Notes: generated by a model not told the origin, from the sequence alone. A stretch of 64,000 bases of DNA from Candidatus Hermodarchaeota archaeon (GCA_048885925.1 JBHLLG010000009.1:1-64000), one strand, 5' to 3'; shown: positions 19,910-30,390, counted from the first letter of the stretch. Numbers and translations are program-made.

Positions 19910-21187
19910 ATGCGGGTAATTAAATTGTTAAACTCTATCAAAAATTTTTTTTTAAATTTAAATCCTGGTATAATAATTCAAGCTCCATCAAGAATAAACT
20001 TAATAAATCCTTTAGATGCTGTTGAGGGTGATTTCTGGATGCCTTCTGTTGCGATTAATGGTAAAATAAATCCACTTTGTGCATTTTTTTATATTAAAGA
20101 AATTGATCAAGAGAGCAGGTTAAAAGTATATAAATTGAAGAATTTATCAAATAAATATGTCATTGAAATAGATTCTGAAGATCAACTTCCAAAAAACCAA
20201 AAAGAAATCAGAAAAAAAATAAGAGGAGAAAATAAACTAGTTTATGCCAGTATAAATAGATTCTTAGAAATGAGTTCCTATTTTAAAGAAAAATATTTAA
20301 AGACTAATATTGAAATAGGTTTAATTTCAACAATCCCATTACAAAGTGGTTTAGGTGGAAGTGCTGCCATAATAATTGCTATACTCTATGGCTTTGCAAA
20401 ATTTTTCAATATTTATAATAATCTAACTATTCTTAATCAAAATGAATTTCCAATAAATAGAGATATAATCGCAGAGATGGCTACTAAGATCGAGGATAGT
20501 GATTTAAAAATTACAGCAGGTTATGGTGATCGCTATGTAATTAGCAGAGGAGGATTAAGCTTTTGTTCTTATTACGGGAAACTTTATCATAAAGACATTT
20601 CAAAAGAACCTTTAGCAATTTATGATAGAATTGATGATGTTTATGAATTAGATGACATACCTATAATTATTTGTTATTCAGGAGTATTTCATGAAAGTGG
20701 TAACATTCATGGAAAATTAAGACACCATTATTTACAAAAGGATCAAATTCTTTTAGAAAGTTATAAAGAATTAGCAGAATTAGCATGGAAATCGAGATTT
20801 GCGATAATGCGCCGTGATTGGGAGTTATTAGGAAAATATTTTAAAGCAAATACAAAAATAATGAACAAAGTTATGAAACACGTAGGATTTAAGCATGGAA
20901 TTGGATTAGCAAATAATATTTTAATAAAAATTATAGAAGACCATCCTGAAGTCTATGCTGCAAAATTGACTGGTGCAGGTGGGGGAGGTTCTGTTTTTGC
21001 TTTAGTTAATCCAAATAAAATAGATGATATTTTAAATTATTGGAAAAATAAATTAATTGAACTTATTGATGATGAAGATACGTTCTTTACGAAATTTCCA
21101 TTAGCCACGATTGAAATAATAACCAAATTTAAAAAAGCTCAATTTTTTCAAATTAATATTGATAAAAAGGGTGTGAAAACATTATAA
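19910..21187 (+). CDS. GHMP-family sugar kinase (glucuronokinase-like)
   Basis: APSRINLINPLD, PLQSGLGGSAA, ITAGYGDR, KLTGAGGGG. Confidence 0.85.
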   Translation: MRVIKLLNSIKNFFLNLNPGIIIQAPSRINLINPLDAVEGDFWMPSVAINGKINPLCAFFYIKEIDQESRLKVYKLKNLSNKYVIEIDSEDQLPKNQKEIRKKIRGENKLVYASINRFLEMSSYFKEKYLKTNIEIGLISTIPLQSGLGGSAAIIIAILYGFAKFFNIYNNLTILNQNEFPINRDIIAEMATKIEDSDLKITAGYGDRYVISRGGLSFCSYYGKLYHKDISKEPLAIYDRIDDVYELDDIPIIICYSGVFHESGNIHGKLRHHYLQKDQILLESYKELAELAWKSRFAIMRRDWELLGKYFKANTKIMNKVMKHVGFKHGIGLANNILIKIIEDHPEVYAAKLTGAGGGGSVFALVNPNKIDDILNYWKNKLIELIDDEDTFFTKFPLATIEIITKFKKAQFFQINIDKKGVKTL

Positions 21188-21229
21188 TTCATATATAATT
21201 ATATTAACTAAAATAATTGGAGATTTAAT

Positions 21230-21418
21230 GTGAGTAAATTCGAAAGATATAAAACAAAAACTGATATCTATATTTATCCTCATAAACATTGTAAAAAGTG
21301 TGGAGAAATGATATCTGAAGCTTTTAGCTATTGCCCTGAGTGTTATAAAACTTTAAAAGAAAAGAAAAAAAGAAGATTTTTTAGAAAAAAAAATAAAGAG
21401 CTAAAAAGTTCAACTTAA
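21230..21418 (+). CDS. DUF2116-like Zn-ribbon protein
   Basis: PHKHCKKCGEMI....YCPEC followed by a basic tail. Confidence 0.75.
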   Translation: MSKFERYKTKTDIYIYPHKHCKKCGEMISEAFSYCPECYKTLKEKKKRRFFRKKNKELKSST

Positions 21419-21422
21419 AAAA

Positions 21423-23129
21423 TTAGATGTTAAGTCTTTCTAACAACCAATTTTTCTCTAATAAGGACAAAAATGGTCCTAAACGGGGACCACTTTTTTT
21501 GCCCAAAATAAGCTGATAGATCGCTTCAAATAATTTTCTTGGAGGTAATTCTATATCATTTTTTGCAATTGAGAAAATATGATTTTGAACAGAATCAGCT
21601 TCTAACTCTTCTGTTTTGTTTATATATTCTCTTAATAGATGTATTCCTTCAATTTGTTTATCATTCATCTGTTTTACAATATTTTTATCTACGTCATTGG
21701 GAATAGTAAATAATTCTACTTTATTTAAAATTTCTCTCTTAATTTTAGAATCCTTTTCCTTCTCTAATATTATTCTAACTTCCTCTAACCAATTACTTGT
21801 CTGGGTAAGAAGCTTTTCGAATTCTTGAAATTTAATTATATGGCTAAAGTGATGGTTTTCCATATAGGTTTTAGCTTTTTCATAAAGCTTATCTAGACTT
21901 AAAATATTTTGAACTTGCGCCAGAAACGCTAAGAGTTTTAATGGTAATTTATTTAATTTTGTTTTAGTAATATCGCTTATCTGGGTTAATGGGAAAATAT
22001 AATTAACAAATTTACTTTCTTCATAATCTTCTACTTGTTCTAAATTATAATAAATATTTTCCATTTTTTCATAATAATCGTAATATTGAGGAATCTCTTC
22101 AATTCTAAAGGTAATATGTTTCATTGGATTCGTCCTTAAAATAATTGTTCTATATATCCTTGGATCTGCAATTTCTAAATATTTCTTTGGTGTAAAAATA
22201 TGTCCTTTAGAAGTTCCCATATCTTGATCTCCTAATCTCAACCATTCATAAGGGACTTTAACTGGTCCCTCATAATCATAAACTTTTTGACATAATTCAA
22301 TTCCGGTATCATATGCCCCTCCTTTAACACTATGGTCTTTACCTGCTGGTTCACATGTAGTTTTATAAAGAGCCCATTTAGCAGGCCAATCTACTCGCCA
22401 GTTGAGTTTTAATCTCCCACTCCAAATAGAGATCTTTCCAGAGTACCCACAAGTTTTACACTCATATGAGACGGCTTCTTCATTTTGAAAATATTCTTTA
22501 ATTCTATTTGGTTTTATAGATCCATCTTTATCTCGATGTTGAATTCTATCACATTTCTCACAAATCGCCATTACTGGTTGCCAATATTTCTGCATATGTA
22601 TGAATTCTTCCTTATCTTCTTCTTTTAAAGTAGGAAGTATATATTTTCTTAAGATTTTTTTAATTTTATGAGTATTTTCAAGAGCTATTTTTATTTGTTC
22701 TTGCATACTTTTAGTTTTATATAACTCATGAGACCAAATTATTTTAGTTTTAATTCCAAAATCTGGAAATGTACTAATTAATTCATTACCAAAATGATTA
22801 GCATAACTCTCACAATTGCAATCTTTATATGGGCATGGAATCATTGCAAATGGCTTTCCTATATGCTCATTTTGAAAATTTATTGGTATATATGAAGGAA
22901 ATCGTTTGGCTGCATCTAAACTATCAAAGAACAATAAGTTATTAACAATTTTATCATCTTTTTCAAAGATTCTTCTTAGTGCATCACAAATTATTATCTC
23001 TCTTAGTATTCCTAAATGGATATGACCTGATGGAGTTTTACCTGTCGATAATGTTATTACTTGAGGTTTACGTGAATAAATTTCTTCTATAATTTCTTCA
23101 ATCCAATGAATTGGAAAATCTTCATTCAA
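21423..23129 (-). CDS. lysS: Lysyl-tRNA synthetase, class I
   Basis: GKTPSGHIHLG, KLNWRVDWPAKW, EPAGKDH, MGTSKG, GPRLG. Confidence 0.97.
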   Translation of the reverse strand: MNEDFPIHWIEEIIEEIYSRKPQVITLSTGKTPSGHIHLGILREIIICDALRRIFEKDDKIVNNLLFFDSLDAAKRFPSYIPINFQNEHIGKPFAMIPCPYKDCNCESYANHFGNELISTFPDFGIKTKIIWSHELYKTKSMQEQIKIALENTHKIKKILRKYILPTLKEEDKEEFIHMQKYWQPVMAICEKCDRIQHRDKDGSIKPNRIKEYFQNEEAVSYECKTCGYSGKISIWSGRLKLNWRVDWPAKWALYKTTCEPAGKDHSVKGGAYDTGIELCQKVYDYEGPVKVPYEWLRLGDQDMGTSKGHIFTPKKYLEIADPRIYRTIILRTNPMKHITFRIEEIPQYYDYYEKMENIYYNLEQVEDYEESKFVNYIFPLTQISDITKTKLNKLPLKLLAFLAQVQNILSLDKLYEKAKTYMENHHFSHIIKFQEFEKLLTQTSNWLEEVRIILEKEKDSKIKREILNKVELFTIPNDVDKNIVKQMNDKQIEGIHLLREYINKTEELEADSVQNHIFSIAKNDIELPPRKLFEAIYQLILGKKSGPRLGPFLSLLEKNWLLERLNI

Positions 23130-23267
23130 TTTTTATTCACGATGCAGCTTATTGGTTAAAAATTGGATTTTTTATTACAAAAACTTTTCTATTATGTACA
23201 ATAGTATATTTAACGACAGTATATTATAAATGATCATTTTTAATTTTAAATAATGGTAAGTTAAGTA

Positions 23268-25109
23268 ATGAGGATTGCTGTATTAAATAAGGATTTTTGT
23301 AAACCAGAAAAATGTAGTCCCTTTGGAGAAAAACCATGTATAAAATATTGTCCTAGAGTTCGAACTGGTGATAAAACAATAGTTCTAAGCCCTGATAAGA
23401 AATATGTTATAATCACAGAAAGCTTATGCTCCGGAGAAGGTATCTGTATTAAAAAGTGTCCTTTTAATGCAATAAATATTGTAAATCTACCAGATCCATT
23501 AGAAAGTCAAATATCTTATAGATATGGTAAAGATCAATTCTCTTTGTTTCGAATGGCTATACCCAAAAAAGGAAAAGTTCTTGGAATCATAGGACAAAAC
23601 GGAATTGGAAAAAGTACATTATTAAAATTGCTTTCAAATGAATTACATGTAAATTTTGGTAAATTTGATGATGAAACTCCTAATTGGAAAGAAATAATTG
23701 AGCATTTTAAAGGCTCTGAACTTCACCAATATTTCAGTGATTTGAAAGAAGACAAAGTAAAAGTTGTCCATAAACCTCAAAACATTACTATGATTCCTAA
23801 GTTTGTTTCTGGAAAAGTCTTTGATCTTTTAAATAAAAATGATGAAGAAAAAAGACTTGATGAAATTTCTCAGAAAATTAATCTTGGGGAGATTTTAGAA
23901 AGAGAAATTTCAGTTTTATCAGGAGGAGAACTGCAAAGAGTGGCTATAGCGGCTGCTTACCTTAAAGATGGAGACATTTACTTATTTGATGAACCAAGTT
24001 CCTACTTAGATGTAAGTGAAAGAATAAATATGGCAAAATTAATTCGAACGTTATCCGAAAAAAACAAAACCATAATAGTTGTTGAACATGATTTAGCTAT
24101 TTTAGATTATTTAAGTGATTATGTTTCAATTTTATACGGACAGCCTGGTGTTTATGGAATAGTATCTCATCCTCAAGGTGTTAGAGTGGGTATAAATATT
24201 TATTTAAATGGATATATAAAAGATGAAAATGTAAGATTTAGAGAAGTTCCTGTTATATTCCACGAACGTCCACCACAAGAGTCATTATTTGATGCTGGGG
24301 ATATTGTATTTTCTTATGAGGATATAGGTATTTCCTTAGGAAGTTTTCATTTAACAGCCTTAGGGAGTGAAATCCATGCCGGTGAAATTATTGGAATATT
24401 AGGACCTAATGGGATAGGTAAAACTACATTTATAAATTCTATTGCAAATACTTTAAGTAGTGAAATTAATGGTTCTATAAATGAATTTAAAATAGAGGAT
24501 GAAGTAACAAGGGAAAAGTTAAAAGTTGCTATAAAACCACAATATATTAAAATCGAAGATGATGATCATGTATCTGATCTCATTACAAAGATTAAATTAG
24601 CTCCACATCTTAGTCAATCTTATAAAAAAAGACTTATTTATAACTTAAATTTAGAAAGTATAAAAGAGAGACGTTTTTCTGAATTAAGTGGAGGGGAATT
24701 GCAACGAATCGCAATTGCTAAATGTCTTTCAACTGAAGCTGATATTTATTTATTAGATGAGCCTTCAGCATTCTTGGACGTTGAAATGAGGTTACAAGTT
24801 GCTCAGTTGCTAAGAAAGTCCATTGAAGAATTAAAAAAATCTGGTTTTGTAGTAGAACATGATATTATTACACAAGATTTTATAGCAGATTCAATTTTAG
24901 TATTCAAAGGTATTCCAGGAGTAGAAGGTACTGCTTTACCCCCCCAAAATTTAAGAGATGGTTTTAATACCTTTCTTAAGATTATGGGAATTACATTTAG
25001 GAGAGATTCAACAACAAAAAGACCCCGGGTGAATAAATTAGGGAGCAATAAAGACGTTTATCAGAAAAAAATAAATGAATATTATTATATTCCGAAATAT
25101 AAGAATTAA
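23268..25109 (+). CDS. rli: ABCE1/RLI ribosome recycling ATPase
   Basis: N-terminal Fe-S domain, two NBDs (GQNGIGKS, GPNGIGKT, LSGGELQR x2), TFRRD..RPRVNK. Confidence 0.97.
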   Translation: MRIAVLNKDFCKPEKCSPFGEKPCIKYCPRVRTGDKTIVLSPDKKYVIITESLCSGEGICIKKCPFNAINIVNLPDPLESQISYRYGKDQFSLFRMAIPKKGKVLGIIGQNGIGKSTLLKLLSNELHVNFGKFDDETPNWKEIIEHFKGSELHQYFSDLKEDKVKVVHKPQNITMIPKFVSGKVFDLLNKNDEEKRLDEISQKINLGEILEREISVLSGGELQRVAIAAAYLKDGDIYLFDEPSSYLDVSERINMAKLIRTLSEKNKTIIVVEHDLAILDYLSDYVSILYGQPGVYGIVSHPQGVRVGINIYLNGYIKDENVRFREVPVIFHERPPQESLFDAGDIVFSYEDIGISLGSFHLTALGSEIHAGEIIGILGPNGIGKTTFINSIANTLSSEINGSINEFKIEDEVTREKLKVAIKPQYIKIEDDDHVSDLITKIKLAPHLSQSYKKRLIYNLNLESIKERRFSELSGGELQRIAIAKCLSTEADIYLLDEPSAFLDVEMRLQVAQLLRKSIEELKKSGFVVEHDIITQDFIADSILVFKGIPGVEGTALPPQNLRDGFNTFLKIMGITFRRDSTTKRPRVNKLGSNKDVYQKKINEYYYIPKYKN

Positions 25110-25421
25110 ATTGTAATTAGATTCCTATGATTTTATTGTTATAAATTTCTTTATTATACTCCTTTTTTTCAACTGGAAAAATTATTTCAAAATTAAAGTA
25201 GAATTCAAGAATCAAAATTATTTAATTTTTAATAAAATAATTTAAATATTTTCTAAATTAAAGTAACTGGGCCTTATTCTAAATATTATAAGTTATTGAC
25301 TTTTAACTTACTTCTAAAGATAGTTTACAGTCGAAATTCAAGTGTATATCCTAATATTAATAATTTCTTAACATTAATTTTAGAAATCTTATAATTATAT
25401 AAAATAAAAAAAATTAATTTT

Positions 25422-25676
25422 TTAATTTTTAATTTTCCAAAAAACAAGTGGACGTCCTCTTTTCCCGTCATTACGAGAAAATTTTTCAATTACTTTTCTT
25501 TTTTGAAGTTTAACTAAATTATCATATATAGTGGTTCTAGGAGACTTTAATTCTTTTACTAGATCTCTACGAGTTAAGGGTCCAATTGCCTTTAAAGTTT
25601 TAATTAAATTAAATTGAATTGGAGATTGATATTCATTAAAATCAGAAAGATTTTCAATTGATGTTTTATTTCCCAT
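25422..25676 (-). CDS. Winged-helix (TrmB-like) regulator
   Basis: PRTTIYDNLVKL...GKRGRPLVFW; GGAGG SD upstream. Confidence 0.85.
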   Translation of the reverse strand: MGNKTSIENLSDFNEYQSPIQFNLIKTLKAIGPLTRRDLVKELKSPRTTIYDNLVKLQKRKVIEKFSRNDGKRGRPLVFWKIKN

Positions 25677-25885
25677 AATTTATTCCTCCATTATTTTAAA
25701 AAAATTTTAACACGACAATTTTTCGACTTTTTAATTTTTTAAGTGAAAAATTTTATCCTCATAATTTAATAAGTTCAAAATTATATTTAAATGATGTTTA
25801 TTTATGCATTATTATCATCAATTAGCATAAAATTTAAAAGAATTAATTTTCCTTTAGATTATATAGAATGACTAGTTTTTAAAAA

Positions 25886-26257
25886 ATGACGGAAACAACA
25901 AGAACAACAGTTACCTTAAATAAGAGTTATATGAAATTAATTGAAGAATTGGTTGATGTTTTTGGAGCGACAAAAGCGCAAGTGATTAGTAATATTGTTG
26001 AATATTTTTTTAACGATAATAAAAATGATCCTTTATTGGAGAAATTACGAGCAAGGAAAAGGAAAGAAAAATTACCTGATAAATCTGAACTTAATAGTAG
26101 GATTCAAAAATATTTGAAAATTTCTGATAAAATACCTTTTGATGTATTCATTGATCATTTAAATTTAGATTCTGATTTTGTAATTAATCATCTTGATGAA
26201 TGGGGAGAAAAATACAACTTTAAGGTTATTGATAATAAGATTGTTAAAATTAAATAA
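25886..26257 (+). CDS. Ribbon-helix-helix-like protein
   Basis: TTRTTVTLNKSYMKLIEELV..GATKAQVI. Confidence 0.7.
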   Translation: MTETTRTTVTLNKSYMKLIEELVDVFGATKAQVISNIVEYFFNDNKNDPLLEKLRARKRKEKLPDKSELNSRIQKYLKISDKIPFDVFIDHLNLDSDFVINHLDEWGEKYNFKVIDNKIVKIK

Positions 26258-26286
26258 AGACTATATTTTAGTAGTTTTTCCAAAGG

Positions 26287-26487
26287 TTATTTGAATACTT
26301 GAAGAAAGTCATTTGATAATCCTACGGTCCAATCTAACATTGAGCTTACTACCCCAATAATGATGAAAAAGATAAATAACGCAAAACCAATTAATAAAGC
26401 ATATTCTACAAGATTCCCACCAAATTCATCTGAAAAGAATTCCCTCGTTTTAGAAAAAAATTTTTTAAGAATTTTTTTTAAATTCAT
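26287..26487 (-). CDS. Flp/Fap-type pilin
   Basis: Basic leader, FFSDEFG|GNLVEYALLIG with E+5/Y+6, hydrophobic helix, 66 aa. Confidence 0.85.
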   Translation of the reverse strand: MNLKKILKKFFSKTREFFSDEFGGNLVEYALLIGFALFIFFIIIGVVSSMLDWTVGLSNDFLQVFK

Positions 26488-26560
26488 TGCTAATTTTATT
26501 TATAATTTAAATATTTAAACTAAACTTTTTGTAATGAAAAAAATTTTTAAAAACTTAAAT

Positions 26561-26974
26561 CTAAGATTTTAGGAGCTTAAAGGCTTCATCAAGATCTTCT
26601 TCCGAAGCTTGCGTTCTGGGTATTTTAATTCTAAATTTATCATCTTCAATATTTCTTGGTATAATATGAACATGAAAATGTTGAATTACTTGGCCAGCAG
26701 CTTCAAAATTGTTTTGAAGAATATTGTATCCATCAATTTTTAATTTTTCATGGATTTTTGTTGCTAAAAATTTTACTACTTTATACAATTCAGTAAGGTC
26801 ATACTCAGGTATATCTTCTAAATTTGAATAATGATTTTTAGGTATAACAATTACGTGGCCTTTAGAAATTGGCGATATGTCTAAAAAAGCAAGATTTAAA
26901 TTATTCTCAAAAATTATTTTTGAAGGAATTTCTTTAAATGTTATTTTACAAAAAATACAATTTTCGTATTTCAT
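26561..26974 (-). CDS. hit: HIT family nucleotide hydrolase
   Basis: CIFCKI, AGQVIQHFHVHIIPR. Confidence 0.95.
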   Translation of the reverse strand: MKYENCIFCKITFKEIPSKIIFENNLNLAFLDISPISKGHVIVIPKNHYSNLEDIPEYDLTELYKVVKFLATKIHEKLKIDGYNILQNNFEAAGQVIQHFHVHIIPRNIEDDKFRIKIPRTQASEEDLDEAFKLLKS

Positions 26975-27100
26975 TTTTTTCCCTCTTTATATTTTAAGAT
27001 GTTTTCAATTTAATTTAACATTTGACTCAAAATTAAAAAATCTTTACTCAGTTTCATCATATTAGAATATTCAAATTTTCCATCTTAAACCCTTTATAAG

Positions 27101-27925
27101 GTGTTTATAATGTTTCTTCATGAGATAAAAACTATTTTAACAAAAAAGTTATGTCCCAAGGTATTTAAATTGAATTCTGAAATATACGGATTACATTATG
27201 ACCAAGGTAGAACAAATAAATTAATAAAAAAAGTGATGTTAACAATAGATTTAAGTTTAGAAGCAATCCATTTTGCGATAATCCACAAAATAAATCTAAT
27301 AATCTCTCATCATAGCTTAATAAATAATCCCATAAAAAATTTCGAGAAAAATATAATAAATAAATTATCTTTACTCTCCAAATACCCTATTTCGATATTT
27401 ATATTAAATTCGTCATTAATTGCTGCAGAAGGAGGAATTTCAGATACAATAGCGAATGCTCTTTATCTAAAAGTAGAAAAAGCTTTTGAAATTAAAACTA
27501 AATTCGAATTAAAGATCCCAATTGGTAGAATTTGTTTACCATTAAAATATTTAAATAAAAATAATCCCTTTACTTTAGAACATTTAATACAAAGGATAAA
27601 AACGAATTTAGATTTAAATTATGTTTCATATGTAGGAGAACTCACCAATCTTATAAAAAGAATATGTATTGTTGGAGGAGACATATTAAAAACAAAATAT
27701 ATCAATAAAGCTATAAATATGGGATGTGATTGTTTTATCTCATGTAAATTGGATTATTATAGTGCAATTTTAGCTAGGGATTTAGGGATTAATTTAATAG
27801 AAGTATCTCACTATAAAACCGAAATATTAGCGATGAAAAAATTAAATAATATTTTGAGTTTAGAATTCCCTGAAATCGAGTTTTTATTATTTGAATCAAA
27901 GGACCCGTTTAAAACTTATATGTAA
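27101..27925 (+). CDS. Nif3/DUF34-like dinuclear metal protein (degenerate)
   Basis: KVMLTIDL, LIISHHSL, IGRI, SHYKTE. Confidence 0.85.
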   Translation: MFIMFLHEIKTILTKKLCPKVFKLNSEIYGLHYDQGRTNKLIKKVMLTIDLSLEAIHFAIIHKINLIISHHSLINNPIKNFEKNIINKLSLLSKYPISIFILNSSLIAAEGGISDTIANALYLKVEKAFEIKTKFELKIPIGRICLPLKYLNKNNPFTLEHLIQRIKTNLDLNYVSYVGELTNLIKRICIVGGDILKTKYINKAINMGCDCFISCKLDYYSAILARDLGINLIEVSHYKTEILAMKKLNNILSLEFPEIEFLLFESKDPFKTYM

Positions 27926-27958
27926 GTTTAATAAAAGTTTAAATTTTTTAAGATATAA

Positions 27959-28597
27959 TTGAATTTAAAAACTATTTTTTTAAATAATCTAATTAAAATA
28001 CCCGATAGAAAAAGCATGCCGCTGTTAGAATATAATGGTAAAAAACCACAAATAAGCCCAAATAGTTATGTATCGCCAATGGCAACATTAATAGGAGATA
28101 TAAAGGTTAATGATAATGCAATAATTTGGCCAGGATCTATTATTCGCGCTGAAAATTCACCAATTAATATAGGTGAATATACAACAATCTTTGATGGAGT
28201 AATGATGTTTACACGTTCACAAAAAAGTTCAATAAATATAGGAAGATTTTGTATTATTGAATCGGGGGTAACTCTTTTGGGATGCTTTTTAGAGGATTAT
28301 GTCCAAGTTAAAGAAGGATCATTACTATATGAAGAAGCATCAATAGGTGAAGGTGTGATTATTCTTAATAATAGCCAAGTTCCCCCAGGTTTAACAATTC
28401 CAGCAAGAACAGTTGTGAGAGGAATTCCAGTGGAACCTGTAAGAGAGCAAACCCGTAATGATATGCTTAAACAGAAAGAAAAAGCAGAAAATTATTCTCA
28501 TCTTTTCATTAAAATCAAAGAATTATTGCCAAATGCTCAAAGTTATTTATTAACTTTACCAGATTTCATCAAATTAATATTAAAAGAAAAAGATTAA
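27959..28597 (+). CDS. Gamma-carbonic-anhydrase-like left-handed beta-helix protein
   Basis: KKPQISPNSYVSPMATLIGDI, IWPGSIIRAE, hexapeptide repeats, GIP; likely start ATG 28016. Confidence 0.85.
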   Translation: MNLKTIFLNNLIKIPDRKSMPLLEYNGKKPQISPNSYVSPMATLIGDIKVNDNAIIWPGSIIRAENSPINIGEYTTIFDGVMMFTRSQKSSINIGRFCIIESGVTLLGCFLEDYVQVKEGSLLYEEASIGEGVIILNNSQVPPGLTIPARTVVRGIPVEPVREQTRNDMLKQKEKAENYSHLFIKIKELLPNAQSYLLTLPDFIKLILKEKD

Positions 28598-28620
28598 AAA
28601 AAATTATTAAATTTTTAACT

Positions 28621-29508
28621 TTATACCATAATATTTAACATCTTCACAAGTTCTTTATATCTCGAACGAAGAGTTACCTCAGTTACTCCTACTAAATTAG
28701 CAATTTCTTTTTGTGAAATTTTTTTATCCTTCTTTTTGCATACTAGATATAATGCTCCCGCACACAAACCTTTAGGATCTTTCCCACTGGTAGAAAATTG
28801 AGATGTAAATGATTGCAAAATCTTTATTGTTGTATTTTCTGCATCAGCATCTAATTCCAATTCTGCTATAAATCTTGGAATAAGAGAAATAGGATCAGTA
28901 GAAGGTGCTTTTAAATTTAATTCTCGTATTAAAGTTCTATAACATCTTCTTACATTTTTGGCACTAATAGATGTCTGCTCTAAAATCTCTTGTAAAGTTC
29001 TGGGAATTTTTCTTTCTCTACAAGCAAAATATAAACAAGCAGCGACCATTCCATTAATAGACCTGCCACGGAGTAATTTTTTTTTAAATGCTTCTATATA
29101 TAATCTTATTGCGGTCTTTTTAACATGATTTGGTAAATTTAAATTACTACCAATTCGCTTTAATTCAGTAGTAGCAATTAACATATTTCTCTTGTCCCAA
29201 GTCATGCGTGAATTCCATTTAGCCGCTCTTTTCAAATCAGGACTCTTGATACTAGATTTATCTATAATTGTGCTTAAACCCATATCTGGTAATAAAATTG
29301 AAATTGGAGATCCCGTCCTCTCCCTACTTTCTTTTTCTTGTTTTGTAAAAGCTCTTTTACCACTATGAGAAATATCAACTATTCGCTCATTTATAACTAA
29401 ACCACACTGACCACAAACATTTTCTCCTTTCTCATGAAGTAAAATAACCTTGCCTCCACATTCGGGACATAAATTCGAAAAATTACTTAAATCGGATTCA
29501 ACTTCCAT
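28621..29508 (-). CDS. tfb: Transcription initiation factor IIB
   Basis: CPECGG..CGQCGLV, RERTGSP, LLRGRS, PRTLQEI, GKDPKGL, SQKEIANLVGVTEVTLRSRYKEL. Confidence 0.97.
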   Translation of the reverse strand: MEVESDLSNFSNLCPECGGKVILLHEKGENVCGQCGLVINERIVDISHSGKRAFTKQEKESRERTGSPISILLPDMGLSTIIDKSSIKSPDLKRAAKWNSRMTWDKRNMLIATTELKRIGSNLNLPNHVKKTAIRLYIEAFKKKLLRGRSINGMVAACLYFACRERKIPRTLQEILEQTSISAKNVRRCYRTLIRELNLKAPSTDPISLIPRFIAELELDADAENTTIKILQSFTSQFSTSGKDPKGLCAGALYLVCKKKDKKISQKEIANLVGVTEVTLRSRYKELVKMLNIMV

Positions 29509-29757
29509 AATCTTAACCCTATTTTATTTTAAAAATTATAAATATTCCAATTATCTTACTAATCAATTTTTCAAAACAGATTTTAACCCGTGTACCGAAG
29601 AAAATATTGTTATTAATATTGAATAAATCTAATATGACTGAAAATCTAATATATTCTTTGATGCAAATAATATAAATATAAATATATTATATAAATGTTT
29701 CGCTCAAAATGTGATTATATGTAGTGAGTAGAACAATCATTTTTAAAAATTTAATCA

Positions 29758-30390
29758 TCATAGAAAAAACGGAAGACAAGTGTTAAATCCAAATAAAATC
29801 GCTCCAATCACGCCTGAGATTAAATATGTAAGAGCCTTACTTGGATTAGTTATCAAACGATTATTATTGATAAGGTACCATAAACTCAATAATATATTTA
29901 ATATTGATATTAATGAACCAAACGAAAAACAATAATATATCGTTTTTTCATGTGGAAATTGGGAAGCATTAATCTCTTTTATTCCATTCAAATAAAAAGG
30001 ATCAATTCCATTAAATGATATGAAATTATAAATTAGTCTATCCGGGAGAGGATCTAATATCCAGATTAAAAAGTATGTAATATAATTAAATAAAATTCCA
30101 AAACCTAAAACAATATAAGAACATCCTAAGATTAATCGTGTTTTCATTAAAAAATCTTCTTCTTTTTCAATGTTAGAAGTATTAGATCGACGATAAATCC
30201 CTCTTAATCTTAATAGTGTTAAGATTCCAATAGATAAAATTATAAAAACAAAAATATATTTCAAAAATTTACATAAAATTATAAAAAAATCATTAAAAGC
30301 AATACACCAATTTTCTAAACCGCTAATTATATCCTTAAATAGATCATCTGCAGATAAAAGCGTCCTACTATCTAGACCAAAAAAACCCAT
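29758..30390 (-). CDS. Hypothetical membrane protein
   Basis: About four TM segments. Confidence 0.7.
   Translation of the reverse strand: MGFFGLDSRTLLSADDLFKDIISGLENWCIAFNDFFIILCKFLKYIFVFIILSIGILTLLRLRGIYRRSNTSNIEKEEDFLMKTRLILGCSYIVLGFGILFNYITYFLIWILDPLPDRLIYNFISFNGIDPFYLNGIKEINASQFPHEKTIYYCFSFGSLISILNILLSLWYLINNNRLITNPSKALTYLISGVIGAILFGFNTCLPFFL

Noticed and set aside
29626-29653. Direct repeat AAATCTAATAT x2 upstream of tfb
   Set aside because: Short and AT-rich; not distinguishable from chance.
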